A DNA stretch of 33,942 nt from Octopus bimaculoides (GCF_001194135.2 NC_068993.1:40990511-41024452); one strand, 5' to 3'. Shown: positions 1 through 11,615, numbered from the stretch's first letter. Notes: generated by a model not told the origin, from the sequence alone. Numbers and translations: made by a program.

Positions 1-19
1 GGTAAGCAAATAGGAAATA

Positions 20-295
20 ACAGTTACTAACCAAGGACAAAAATCGTGTTACACAGTGTAATAATATATAACTAAAACGACAATGGCTAGCACCTAATGA
101 AAAAGAATAATCCTTCCCCAAATCAGGATTAGATCTGGAAAACGTTATGCTCTGTGTTTTGTGAGATATGAAGGGTGTAATCTATATTGCAATGTTGAAC
201 CGAAACGAAACAGTTGATGTGGATAAGTATTGTAATCGTCTATGGAAAAAAGTGCTCGTCATTCGCTAATCATAAAGGGATGCTGCTCTTATACA
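20..295 (+). mobile_element. Mariner (DD34D-type) transposase fragment, decayed
   Basis: Manual translation gives RQWLAPNEKE*SFPKSGLDLENVMLCVL*DMKGVIYIAMLNRNETVDVDKYCNRL, then after a frameshift KKCSSFANHKGMLLL. This matches the mariner core pattern KRQW..KVMLCVWWD.KGVIYYELL..ETV..YC.QL..RKGVLLLHDN. Confidence 0.8.
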
Positions 296-353
296 CACTC
301 GATATATATTGCAAGCAGAGAGAGAACCCCCTACTATTCTAGCTCAGAGACGA

Positions 354-399
354 CCAGATAACGTGATTTCGACCTCATTTTCGTCTTCCTCAGTAATGG
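354..399 (-). ncRNA. Degenerate Penelope-type minimal hammerhead ribozyme relic
   Basis: Minus strand reads CTGAGGA-A-GAC-gaaaatgag-GTC-GAAA-tc-ACGT: core boxes with a 3-bp stem II, but a 2-nt insertion before ACGT and a poorly paired stem I. Confidence 0.3.
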
Positions 400-450
400 A
401 ATAATAATAATAATAATAATGATAATAATAATAATAATAATAATAATAAT
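400..450. repeat. (TAA)n microsatellite
   Basis: Direct reading. Confidence 0.95.
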
Positions 451-496
451 TATATATACATGTTTGTGTGTGTTGTTTGTGTTTGCGATATATATA

Positions 497-1642
497 CAGG
501 GTGTCCCCAGCAAAATACGTACGCACTACAGCAGCTATAGAACTTTAAACTTTCATTTCTTTTTGAAGTTAACTCATTAGAAGTAATGAAAAAAGCCAGA
601 CTAAGCTTAGAACAAAGGAAATTTATTCTGAATGTTAGCGGAAGTTTAAAAACGTAGTCAAAGTGCAGAAAGAGTTAAGGAGGAAGTTCCAAACAAATCC
701 ACCTACGTGACTTATTATCACTTGAATTAGAGATAACTTTGAAGCGGGAGAACTGTTCACGATGTTCACAAGATACATTCCGGAAGAACGTGGGCATCGT
801 AAAACCCCGCAAAACAAGTAAGTGTATTGGAAACACATTGCTAGAGTTCAAGAAAATATGTGCAAGCTAGTCATGAGAAAGAAATTTCAAAATTACACAT
901 CCATCGTATTTTGCTGTGCTGTCATTAGAAAAGATGCATTCTTTAAATAGTCCTCCCTCTGAACAGAGATTATTCGACCTGAAGAGTGGGTTTTTGTGAG
1001 TGGTACTTGACAAGATGTAGAGAAGATACATACTTTCCAATAAAGATTGTTTGGAGAAATAAAGCTACATTTAGATTAAATTGCTCAATCAAACGCCACA
1101 ATCGCACCTTCCGTGGATCTTAGAAAACGTTTATTATGGGGGAGCAGAATTTTAATTTATCATTATGGTGCGACCGAACATCAAAAAGCTTTAATTGAAC
1201 TATTCATTTACGGCCGTTCTGTGATAAGTCTTCTTTACTTGACCTTGTGATCACAACCTGTCATGCTATGCATTCAAAACGACTTTGAAGTTGTGGAGCT
1301 CTAATTCCAATAATTTGGGGCATGACGACTCTACCATAGTAATGTAATGGCCTTCGTTGATGAGATATTACCAAACCTGTGGACTGGAGAAAAAGGTTTA
1401 GTAGAATACTTTCTGCTTTCACCGGATCTCACGCCACTAGACATTTTTTTATGTAATGATACTTAGAAGATAAATTTTACAGTACAAAACCGGCAACAGT
1501 CAACCAACTGAGGGCACCCTTTAGATGCGAATGTGCACAAATACTGAACAAAATGTTTCTAAGTATTTGCAACTTCATTGCTTCGTACTATCAGCAGTGC
1601 TTGGACTAGAACGATCAACAGTTTGAATATAGGTATTCATAA
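497..1642 (+). mobile_element. Tc1/mariner DD41D-type (rosa/Visitor-like) transposon, near full-length, decayed; 3' TIR not seen
   Basis: Begins TA|CAGGGTGTCC at 497. Pseudo-ORF 586-1642 starts MKKARLSLEQRKFIL..KNVVKVQKELRRKFQTNPPT and ends KFYSTKPATVNQLRA..YQQCLD*NDQQFEYRYS*. There are 41 codons between the mutated QQDG aspartate position (1314) and the last D of SPDLTPLD (1440). Many stops and frameshifts. Confidence 0.85.
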
Positions 1643-1649
1643 GAATTAA

Positions 1650-1737
1650 ATTCTATCTATCTGTTTATCTATCTTTCTATCTGTCTGTCCGCCTGCCTGT
1701 CTGGCTGGCTGGCTGGCTGGCTGTCCATCCATCTATC
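1650..1737. repeat. Compound tetranucleotide microsatellite (CTAT/CTGT/CTGC/CTGG/CCAT)
   Basis: Direct reading. Confidence 0.85.
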
Positions 1738-1869
1738 TCATAAAAATAGACGAATGGGTTATCTAGTGCTGCTATAATTGTTTCACTTAGATTCGTTATT
1801 GTTACGTATGCGTAGTGCAGTCAAGTATGCAGTATGCACAACATCCATAAGATTCTGAAAAAACGTTGT

Positions 1870-2160
1870 GACACTCTCAACGCATCAGGTTTACCAAATA
1901 AACAAGCGTGCAGTAAGATGATTAATCAACAGATCGTCAATGAGGAAACTTTTAACCAGGATCACCAACATTTAAAAGATGTAAAGTGGTTGGAACTGCA
2001 ATCTGAAATTCACGACAGTAGATAGCAGAATGACTTTTTGAGCACACACACATACTTTGTGTTAAAAGGTGATAAGAAGAACATGATCTCGTAACTCAGA
2101 ATAAAGGAAGGAAAATTAAAAGAGTCAGTTGGAAATGGCCTTCCGGCGAAACAGACTATA
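1870..2160 (+). mobile_element. Possible very old RTE-like LINE remnant (post-RT region)
   Basis: Fragmentary translations IVNEETF, EHDLVTQNK and IKEGKLKESVGNGLPAK loosely resemble the RTE-type TNEEVL..LENLVTTGK..EGKRGRGRP region. Needs several frameshifts. Confidence 0.25.
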
Positions 2161-2171
2161 TTTTGTCTGAC

Positions 2172-2242
2172 TAGTGTGTGTCTATGTATGCATGTATGTA
2201 TGTATGTATGTATGTATGTATGTATATATGTATGTATGTATG
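2172..2242. repeat. (TATG)n microsatellite running into an assembly gap
   Basis: Direct reading; N-gap 2243-2403. Confidence 0.9.
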
Positions 2243-2794
2243 NNNNNNNNNNNNNNNNNNNNNNNNNNNNNNNNNNNNNNNNNNNNNNNNNNNNNNNNNN
2301 NNNNNNNNNNNNNNNNNNNNNNNNNNNNNNNNNNNNNNNNNNNNNNNNNNNNNNNNNNNNNNNNNNNNNNNNNNNNNNNNNNNNNNNNNNNNNNNNNNNN
2401 NNNTGTGCTTGCATAAAGATATACGTACGCATATACATTTATATTTGTCTGCACACATGTTATTTAAAATCAAAGATTCTATCTTGTACATTATAGTCTT
2501 GTAAACAGAGAGAAAACAACTATATGTAGCCCTTATAAACACACAGATTTCTACAGACTTTTATGTAAATAAAGTGAAGTGTATGCGGTTCCTGAGATTT
2601 ATATGGTTATACATGTATGTATGTAAGAATGTGTATATATTATGAAGATGTATATATGTATGTGTGTGACTGTATGGATGTTTTGTTGTGTATATGTGTG
2701 TGTTTGTGTGTTTGTGTGTCTAAGCCATGATTACATTCTTACATGCTCTGTATATTTACATTAAATATGCTTTAAATTAAAAATGTCACTTTGA

Positions 2795-2866
2795 AGAGAT
2801 AAACGTCTGCATGTGTGTGTGTATGTAAGCCAAAGTAAATAGTCGTTTTGTATAAGTACATATAAG

Positions 2867-2920
<54 letters not shown>

Positions 2921-2990
2921 TATATACATACACATACACACTTACACACACATACATACACATACAAGTATATATATATGTTATATATAC
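2795..2990. repeat. (TA)n/(CA)n compound microsatellite
   Basis: Direct reading. Confidence 0.85.
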
Positions 2991-3539
2991 GAACTTGAAT
3001 CTGTGGATTTAGGCAAGTTTATCTGAATAAATGATAAATTCAAATTAAGTGATTTTTGTATCACATATAGTTCTGCTTATCAAACTGGTAGGTCTGTTGG
3101 TCAGTAAGACAGTTATTGAATACTGTCTTGGAATTTCTGGTTATCTCAGAAAGGAAAAAAATCTTCATTGGTGGATGATATCTGTGTATGTTAGCTAAAT
3201 GTATAAACCTCCTATGCATTGTTATCAGAGCTTGTACTAGGATCCACTTTCAATGCAAAATGTGGTCTGAATATGGACATAGTGCCAGCGTTTCATTGAT
3301 ATTGCCAGGCCTTACAACTTAACGCAAATTTTCGATGTTCTTTTTTTCCTGTTACTCAGGTGGCAAGGCTGTACTCAAAACCTTTTATAGGGCCTCTGAA
3401 ACTGGTAGGAAGAATAAAGAAAAGGTATCCTCAAATTGAAGATATGGCACGAATGCTTACCAGATTGGACTCTGTTAAGGACACTCAAAGTGCCAAATGG
3501 TGGAATTAAACCAAACAGCAGATTAAGTCTACTACCCAT

Positions 3540-3765
3540 GTAAACCTTGGCAAGATTTGAAATCAGAACAAAAAGAGCCTGAACAAATACTACAAAGCGT
3601 CCGATTCGACATTCTTGCATTTCAACTAATCTACCGCCCAAGAATGGTACATTTTCTCGATCTAAAAAGGATAGGAAGAGTCATCTTACCTCGGGGAATT
3701 CGAAATCGGGACACTGGTCGTCAGAATAAATTTCATGAGGCAAGGACGTGCTAACGATTCTGCCA
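3540..3765 (-). mobile_element. SINE family 2, degenerate partial copies
   Basis: ggtacattttctcgatc..cctcggggaattcgaaatc..gtgctaacgattctgcca aligns by eye to the copies at 11157, 12324, 14597 and 30918. Confidence 0.6.
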
Positions 3766-3949
3766 AACAGTAACGTTTATGATACTTATTTACAGTTAGT
3801 GAAATGAACCAGTAAAAGTCATGTACCTTCGTTACGGTCATAGCGATGGTCATAATGGGACACTAAAAACAAAATCGAACACCCTAGTGCAGCGGTTTCC
3901 AGCCTGGGGTCTTCAGAACTCTAGATCAAAGTATTATAATTACTTGCAA

Positions 3950-4048
3950 CACACACGCATGCACGCACGCACACACACACACACACACACACGCACACAA
4001 AGAAAAGCACACACACACACAAACACACACACACACACACACTCACAC
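3950..4048. repeat. (CA)n microsatellite before a gap
   Basis: Direct reading. Confidence 0.9.
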
Positions 4049-4353
4049 NNNNNNNNNNNNNNNNNNNNNNNNNNNNNNNNNNNNNNNNNNNNNNNNNNNN
4101 NNNNNNNNNNNNNNNNNNNNNNNNNNNNNNNNNNNNNNNNNNNNNNNNNNNNNNNNNNNNNNNNNNNNNNNNNNNNNNNNNNNNNNNNNNNNNNNNNNNN
4201 NNNNNNNNNNNNNNNNNNNNNNNNNNNNNNNNNNNNNNNNNNNNNNNNNNNNNNNNNNNNNNNNNNNNNNNNNNNNNNNNNNNNNNNNNNNNNNNNNNNN
4301 NNNNNNNNNNNNTCTCTGAATAGAGTAAAGTGCATATCTTTTATCTATTCAGT

Positions 4354-4396
<43 letters not shown>

Positions 4397-5206
4397 CAAC
4401 AAGAGAGAGCTCCGCGCTGAATAACAACATAGATGCGCTACACCGAGCTCTCCATACAAAAACAAATTTAATCTAATAACATCGGTGGAATGGGATAAAG
4501 GAACCCGGGGAAAACTTGAAGGAAGCGGCCTTTTAACGAAAATAATCACAAAAACGAAATTTTGCTGCCATACAAAGAACAGTTTCTCACCTGCACAATG
4601 TCTCAGTGAAACATGTGCGAAAGACACTTGCGAAATCATGCGAATTATAAAATATTAGTGGAACAAGACAGTAAGTACGTAAATTGATTAACTACACATA
4701 CACTCGAATGTCTACACAATCATATATACAGTTTAATACCATAGGATTACACATACATCCCGATGTTTACACAACTACGTGAAATTTACAGGACACACGT
4801 ACACGCACACGAAAGCACATGTCACAAACGAAGCAAAAAATAACAAAACAATTTTTTTTCGAACTGACACAGACAGAGAGAACAATTCATAAGTTTAAAA
4901 ATACCACAAGAAACTATGCCCAGAGAAATCTGTCAAAAAAAAAAAAATACAGACGAATACAGGTCTGTTAGCCTTAAGAAGCTACGTTACGAGCAATATT
5001 TTCATTCAGAGGTGGTGTTGTCTCAAAAAATTAACCCTAAACAGACAGATCCGTTCCCTTATTTCAACGTCTAAGCTCGTCATGTTTCAATGATAACAAA
5101 GCAAAATACAAACCGAATTGGCCATCACCCGAGTCAACAAGGGCTGTGTACCCCAGTGAGGAACTAGACTGGGTAAGAAAAATCAGCTACTGGTTCAAAT
5201 CTTACC

Positions 5207-5806
5207 GAAAATAATGAACCAAACAACAAAAAGTACAAGAAGGACACGAAGAAGCACTACGCGACAAGCGATTACACAAGCAATTTTATGTAGCCATAAC
5301 TGAAGTTGCTGGAGAACTTAGGTTGGACTGGTCGGAAAAAGGAATATTGCAAAAAGAAACTGAGAGCAGTATACTGGCAGCGCAAGACGAAGCTCTGATC
5401 ACAAATTGGAGAGTCAACCTTAGGAATAAGCAAATGTCTCAACTGTGCCTAATCTGGAATAGAGTTGTTGAAACCATTGCCCATATCGTGAACGAATGAC
5501 CTCGACTTGTCCTAAACCGATATAAGCTGTGGCGACACAATGACGTAGCAAAAGAACTACACTGAAAACTATGTGAAAAGTGGGGGCTAGAGAGAGGCAA
5601 GACGTGGTATGAGAACAAACCACAAAGAATGATGGATTCGGAGACCAGCAAAATCTTGTGGGATTTCACAATTGAAACGAACCTGTTGATTGAGCACAAT
5701 AAGCTGGAACAAGTGGTGTTGGTGGTGGTGGTGGACAATGTGAACTACATGTGCTCTGTAATTGATGTTGCGTGTCCATTTGACTCACGAATGGTCAAGA
5801 AAAAGG

Positions 5807-5839
<33 letters not shown>

Positions 5840-6358
5840 NNNNNNNNNNNNNNNNNNNNNNNNNNNNNNNNNNNNNNNNNNNNNNNNNNNNNNNNNNNNN
5901 NNNNNNNNNNNNNNNNNNNNNNNNNNNNNNNNNNNNNNNNNNNNNNNNNNNNNNNNNNNNNNNNNNNNNNNNNNNNNNNNNNNNNNNNNNNNNNNNAACA
6001 CGGAGAAAAAAAAATTGAATAGTGTCCAGTTAACGGTCAATCATAACAAGCCTCATAAATACGAAATAGCTCGACTATGGAAAATACAGGTGAACATAAT
6101 ATAATGCCAGTTACTGTTGGGTTCTTGAGGATAGTATAAAAAAAATATTCAAATGAGATATAAAGCAAAATGGGAATAGAATGCCCAGTAGAACGGTTAC
6201 AAAATGTTTTTTTCCTCCTTGGCACAGCCAGAATCATCAGGAAAGTATTTGATAGTTAAAAAGGAACTGATAACATGGTACCATAGGTCACCGGTAACTA
6301 GCCCACTACACATGCAAGACTCCGGGAATTCCAACAAAATATGAGTTAAAAGAAAAAC
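5207..6358 (+). mobile_element. R4/Dong-like non-LTR retrotransposon, 3' part (zinc knuckle plus RLE endonuclease), 5'-truncated and decayed
   Basis: Reads KETESSILAAQDEALITN..CLIWNRVVETIAHIVNE*P..RHNDVAKELH*KLCEKWGL..WYENKP..KILWDFTIET..EHNK..IDVACPFDSR, then after a (TA)n tract and gap EIARLWK..LLGTARIIRKVFDS* (stop 6257-6259) and a short 3' UTR. Confidence 0.9.
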
Positions 6359-6359
6359 A

Positions 6360-6470
6360 ATGTTGTTGTTGTTGTTGTTGATGGTGATGATGATGATGAT
6401 GATGATGATGATGACGACGACGACGACGATGACGACGACGACGACGATGATGATGATGATGATGATGATT
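6360..6470. repeat. Compound trinucleotide repeat (TGT)n(GAT)n(GAC)n(GAT)n
   Basis: Direct reading. Confidence 0.9.
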
Positions 6471-7852
6471 AGCTACAAGGCTTAAATAGCGAGAATGACA
6501 ATAGTGTCTTGGCATGGTAGGAAGCATAATTTATTTTTTACCAAATATTTCTTTGCAGTTCCTATATGTAAATGAGTCATTGCGAAGTGTTATTCGTCTT
6601 AAATTATTGGCAAATTATAAGAGGTATTACTAGTTGTAAATTATAAAAGCCCGTAACAAACACATATGGCATGTATAATAAATGTTGTTGAAAAAGCGAA
6701 GCAACTGAGTGGAGGAGTCACATGAGATGATATACGAAAAAGGAAACTGGAAAAGCAAGAACGAGAGATATGTGATGATAAGGAGAGTAGTGAAGGAATG
6801 AAAACGATAAAAATAAATAAATAAAGGAATAGAAGAACAAATAAGGAAAAGGAAAAGTAGAAGACGAGAAGGGGATGAAAACAAGCTTGCTGGGAGAAAT
6901 AATTAGGATAGTAAACGATGATAAATGTTTATGTCACTTAATCTAGGTAAACAGCTAATTAAGTTGGTTTCATGAACTAAACAGTTTGTTATGCCTCTAA
7001 ATATTCGTCGTAATTTTGCGATTTCGGTTTCCTGTTTTTCTATGCGAATGTCATATCTATGCAACACATAAACGCACACATACATATATAGTATGTAAAT
7101 ACAAATGTGTGTGTGTATGTGTGCATGTGTGTGTATGTGTGTGTGCGTGTATGTATGTATATACATATATATGTATGCATGTGTCTATCTATCTATCTAT
7201 CTATCTATCTATATATATATATANNNNNNNNNNNNNNNNNNNNNNNNNNNNNNNNNNNNNNNNNNNNNNNNNNNNNNNNNNNNNNNNNNNNNNNNNNNNN
7301 NNNNNNNNNNNNNNNNNNNNNNNNNNNNNNNNNNNNNNNNNNNNNNNNNNNNNNNNNNNNNNNNNNNNNNNNNNNNNNNNNNNNNNNNNNNNNNNNNNNN
7401 NNNNNNNNNNNNNNNNNNNNNNNNNNNNNNNNNNNNNNNNNNNNNNNNNNNNNNNNNNNNNNNNNNNNNNNNNNNNNNNNNNNNNNNNNNNNNNNNNNNN
7501 NNNNNNNNNNNNNNNNNNNNNNNNNNNNNNNNNNNNNNNNNNNNNNNNNNNNNNNNNNNNNNNNNNNNNNNNNNNNNNNNNNNNNNNNNNNNNNNNNNNN
7601 NNNNNNNNNNNNNNNNNNNNNNNNNNNNNNNNNNNNNNNNNNNNNNNNNNNNNNNNNNNNNNNNNNNNNNNNNNNNNNNNNNNNNNNNNNNNNNNNNNNN
7701 NNNNNNNNNNNNNNNNNNNNNNNNNNNNNNNNNNNNNNNNNNNNNNNNNNNNNNNNNNNNNNNNNNNNNNNNNNNNNNNNNNNNNNNNNNNNNNNNNNNN
7801 NNNNNNNNNNNNNNNNNNNNNNNNNNNNNNNNNNNNNNNNNNNNNNNNNNNN

Positions 7853-8315
7853 GGGGAGGAGGAGGAGGAGGAGGAGGAGGAGGAGGGAAGAAAACGATAA
7901 CGAAGAAGACGAAAAAGGAAAGGATGAAGAAGAAAAAATAGATGGAAGAGAAGAAAACGAAGAGGGAAAAGAAATGGACGGAGAAATAAAAGAGAATTGA
8001 AGGAGAAGAAAGTAATAAGAATACGAAGAAAACGAAGAAGAAAAGTGACAAAGAACAAAAATAGATCGAGGGAAAGAAAAAGAAGAAAAGAAAAGGAAGA
8101 AGGAAAAGAAGAAAAGTAGAAAAGAAAGAAAGAAATAAAGAATGAAAGAAGAAGAAGAAGAAGAAGAAGAAGAAGAAGAAGAAGAAGAAGAAGAAGAAGA
8201 AGAAAAAGAAGAAGAAGAAGAGGAAAAAGAGGAAGTAGAAGAAGAGGAAGAAGAGGAAGAGGAAGAGGAAAAAGAGGAAGAAGAAGAAGAGGAAGAAAAG
8301 GAAGAGGAAGAAAAG

Positions 8316-8350
<35 letters not shown>

Positions 8351-8510
8351 GGAAGAAGAAGAGGAAGAAGAAGAGGAAGAAGAAGAGGAAGAAGAAGAGG
8401 AAGAAGAAGAGGGAGAGGAAGAGGAAGAGGAAGAGGATGATGATGATGAAAAAGGAGGAGGAGAAGAAGGAAAAGAAAGAAATAAAGGAAGAAAGAAAGA
8501 AAGATGTACA
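7853..8510 (+). repeat. Long polypurine (GAA/GAG/GGA) low-complexity tract
   Basis: About 650 bp, overwhelmingly A/G on the + strand; 8142-8440 is almost pure GAA/GAG. Confidence 0.9.
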
Positions 8511-8875
8511 TCATTATTCATATTCTTAAAACTTTTATGATAATATTTCTAATAAAAATATATTCTTTCTTTGTGTTTTAATTGATGAAATAATCAAAAA
8601 TTATGAGCCCTTTAGTAAACTAACTAATTAAATTTAGAGACAGAAGTTTTTTAAAATATTGAAATCATAAATAATCATTTATGAAACGATGATATTTAAA
8701 TCTAAGATTTGAATTCAAATATCAACGTTTTGCTTAACAAAGACAATTTCTGAGATGGGTTGGTATTGAATAGGTTTTGATGTGAATATTCTCAGTAAAT
8801 ATCTTGTTATAAATACATATATACGTACATCCATACATACATAGTTACACACATGAATATGCATCCATACTTATA

Positions 8876-9181
8876 CAGGGTGTTCAAAAAGTCTCACCGT
8901 AGTAAGTATTTTATCTTAAAGTAAATATTTATAAGATGGAATAAGACTAGAAAAGAATATATTAGACTTTACAAAACCCCAAAACTCTATAAGAGGTGTT
9001 GAAAGTGTCGTCCTTCATTTTCAGTCTGTAAGTTGACTCTTCTACGCATGTTTTGAAATACATCTTGGAGAGTCTGACGCGGTATGGACCGTCTGAAGGT
9101 TATGATTGTGTCTTTTTGTTAATTAATGGTTTTCGGGCGATTCTTGTACCTTAATCCTTTACTTGCTACCCGGAAAAATGT
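8876..9181 (-). mobile_element. Tc1/mariner (DD41D/DD37D-like) 3' end with terminal inverted repeat
   Basis: Terminus TA|CAGGGTGTTCAAAAAG at 8876. Minus-strand translation ends YKNRPKTIN..SIPRQTLQDVFQNMRRRVNLQTENEGRHFQHLL*. Confidence 0.8.
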
Positions 9182-9208
9182 CTTTTGTTAACAGTAAGGT
9201 TTGATATA

Positions 9209-9281
<73 letters not shown>

Positions 9282-9394
9282 GTATATGTGTGTGTGTATG
9301 CGTGTGTGTGTGTGTGTGCGTGTGTGTGTGTGTATACAAGCATACCGCACGCGCGCGCTCACACACACATATCAAAACTTACTGTTAATAAAAG
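9182..9394. repeat. 26-bp inverted repeats enclosing a (TG)n/(TA)n microsatellite core
   Basis: Left arm cttttgttaacagtaaggtttgatat versus reverse complement of right arm cttttattaacagtaagttttgatat: 24/26 identical. Confidence 0.8.
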
Positions 9395-9800
9395 TTGGGA
9401 TGCGTGGCATTCAGTTACTCAAGAAATGAAAAATGCATTAAATACTACAAAACGTATACGTTTTGACAGACACAGAAGGATCATGATTGTTCATCAGCTA
9501 TTGACCGAAAAATACTAATAATATTCAGTTTCGTGCTTTTAACGATAAGACTGAGAACTCCGTATATCGCCGGAACCCGCAAGATTTGCGTATAATTAGG
9601 GCTCGAGCAAACAAGACAAGACTGGGTGGGCATATGGAAGTAAACAAATGTAATTTGTAGGATAAAGCCTTTCAGCCAAACACGAAAATGATGGTTAACG
9701 CCTGGAAGAAATCCTCAAATGGATATGAAAAACGGAGAGATTTAGTAACAGAGGAGAAAATGTTTAACGGCACATTAGGTGTCCGGTGGCGAAAAGGCAG
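9395..9800 (+). mobile_element. Possible old RTE-like LINE remnant
   Basis: SWDAW..TQEMKNALN..RRIM..TEK, IIRAR..GGHM and DLVTEEKM..G loosely track the RTE post-RT motifs. It shares the DLVT..K motif with 1870-2160. Confidence 0.3.
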
Positions 9801-10020
9801 AGATGAGAAAATTAGTGACGGGTCTTGTGTCGGCAGTAGATAGAGAGGGAAAGAAAGAGTGGTAGAAAGAGAGAGAGCGAAGGAAGGGAAGGAAGGGGGT
9901 CATCTTCTTATCATTTGGATATAAATATGTGTATGTGTGTGTATAAGTATATACGTATATATCTGTGTGCGTGTATAAGTATATATGTATATATCTGTGT
10001 GTGTGTGAGTGTGTGTGTGT

Positions 10021-10229
10021 GTTTTTCCCTAACCACAGTTTGACAATAGGTGCTGGTTTGTATGCATCACCGTAACATAACGGTTCGGCAAAAAGAGAAC
10101 GTTAGAATAAGTACCACGCTTTAAAAAATAAATTCTGGTATCAATTTGCTTGACTAAAATTTTCAGGGTAGTGCCCCAGCAATGGCCTCAGTCCAAAAAC
10201 TGAAACAAGTAAGAAATAAAAATAAAAGA
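10021..10229 (+). mobile_element. SINE family 1, 3' half
   Basis: ttgacaataggtgctgg..cggttcggcaaaa..tagaataagtac..gtgccccagcaatggcc..ctgaaacaagtaag matches the 3' halves of the copies at 11645, 14857 and 31238; preceded by (TG)n. Confidence 0.8.
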
Positions 10230-10258
10230 TAGGCATGTATGTTAACAATGATCTAGTC

Positions 10259-10286
10259 ACGTAATGTAATGTACATTACATTACGT
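10259..10286. other. Perfect 28-bp palindrome
   Basis: acgtaatgtaatgtacattacattacgt equals its own reverse complement. Confidence 0.95.
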
Positions 10287-11156
10287 AGCATAATGAAACA
10301 GTTGTGAACCATGAAATATAAATCATGTCAGGAACTCCAATTTTACATTTTCATTACACACACTCAACGACGAAAGTGAAATTTAAAGATTTCTTTTAAA
10401 AAATGCATTTGTTGGTGCTGTTTAATGCCCCTGACTGAAGTCACTAAAGCCATTGCAAAGTTGTATGTTAAGCCACTGATGTTAGACCATGAGACGTAGC
10501 TGTTCTGGTACCGCTATTTAGCGTCGCTGATTCGACACTGACTTATTTGACATTAGACTTTTTAATGCTGCAAGCCATTCTTCCCCACCTCAGCTAAAAC
10601 GACGACGGTGACGGCAACATGGCTGCAGTAGAGAAGATGCCGATGACAACAACTGAAATTAAAGTGAAATTATATGGAAAAAAAAAAAAAAATTGAAGAA
10701 AAATAATTTGTAATTGTTTAGAAAATTTCAATGTGCAGAGGAGAAGCTAATGAAACAGGGTCAAGTGATTGTAAGTGAAGTAACCATAAGCCAAGTAACT
10801 GTAAGAGAGTGTAAGTCAATTACGTTGACCGGAAGTGGCCTAAATGTTCAAAAGATGTAATTTGATATGAACGAGAAATTTTAATGGAGTCTTTAAACAT
10901 TTTACTTCGTTTGTTTATTACTGCATGCCAGTGGTAGGTTTCTGTTTTTCTAAATTCTACCACCATCACGACTATCGCCACTGCTGGCGCTCACTACTAC
11001 CACCACGGCTACCACCTCCACTACCAGCACTAGTGCAGCAACTCACTAGTACTTATTTCACGAAACCTAGGAGGAAAAAAGGCAATGTTACCCTGGTCTG
11101 GGTTTGAACTCTGAAGGCAAAAGAACCAGAATAGGTACCACAAAGCGTAAATGACT

Positions 11157-11369
11157 GGTTTCAAATTTTGGTATAAGGCCCAAAAATCCGTGGGCAGCTG
11201 CAAGTCGTTAATATAGACCCCAGCGTTCAACTGATACTTATTCAGTCGACCCCGAAAGTATGAAAGACAAAGTTGAACTCGGCGGAATTTGACCTTAGAA
11301 CGTAAAAAACGGACAAAAATCACGAAACATTTTGCATGCTGTGCTAACGATTCCGCCACCTTGCTGCCT
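11157..11369 (-). mobile_element. SINE family 2, near full length
   Basis: Aligns by eye along its length with the + strand copy at 30918-31136. Confidence 0.85.
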
Positions 11370-11370
11370 T

Positions 11371-11466
<96 letters not shown>

Positions 11467-11467
11467 G

Positions 11468-11532
<65 letters not shown>

Positions 11533-11580
11533 GTAATAATAATAATAATAATAATGATGACGATGATGATGATGAGGAGG

Positions 11581-11615
<35 letters not shown>

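Noticed and set aside
3360-3509. Plus-strand candidate exon after a strong acceptor (VARLYSKPFIGPLK..AKWWN*)
   Set aside because: No recognisable homology, it runs into degenerate SINE-like sequence, and no partner exon was found.
3886-3915. cagcggtttccagcctggggtc resembling a hAT MITE terminus
   Set aside because: No matching inverted end or TSD is visible; a gap follows.
8142-8540. 132-aa poly-glutamate ORF
   Set aside because: Simply (GAA/GAG)n; no non-repetitive domain or splice context.
8540-8780. AT-rich segment reminiscent of a TTAA-flanked MITE
   Set aside because: Resemblance from recall only; TIRs are not demonstrable in this sequence.
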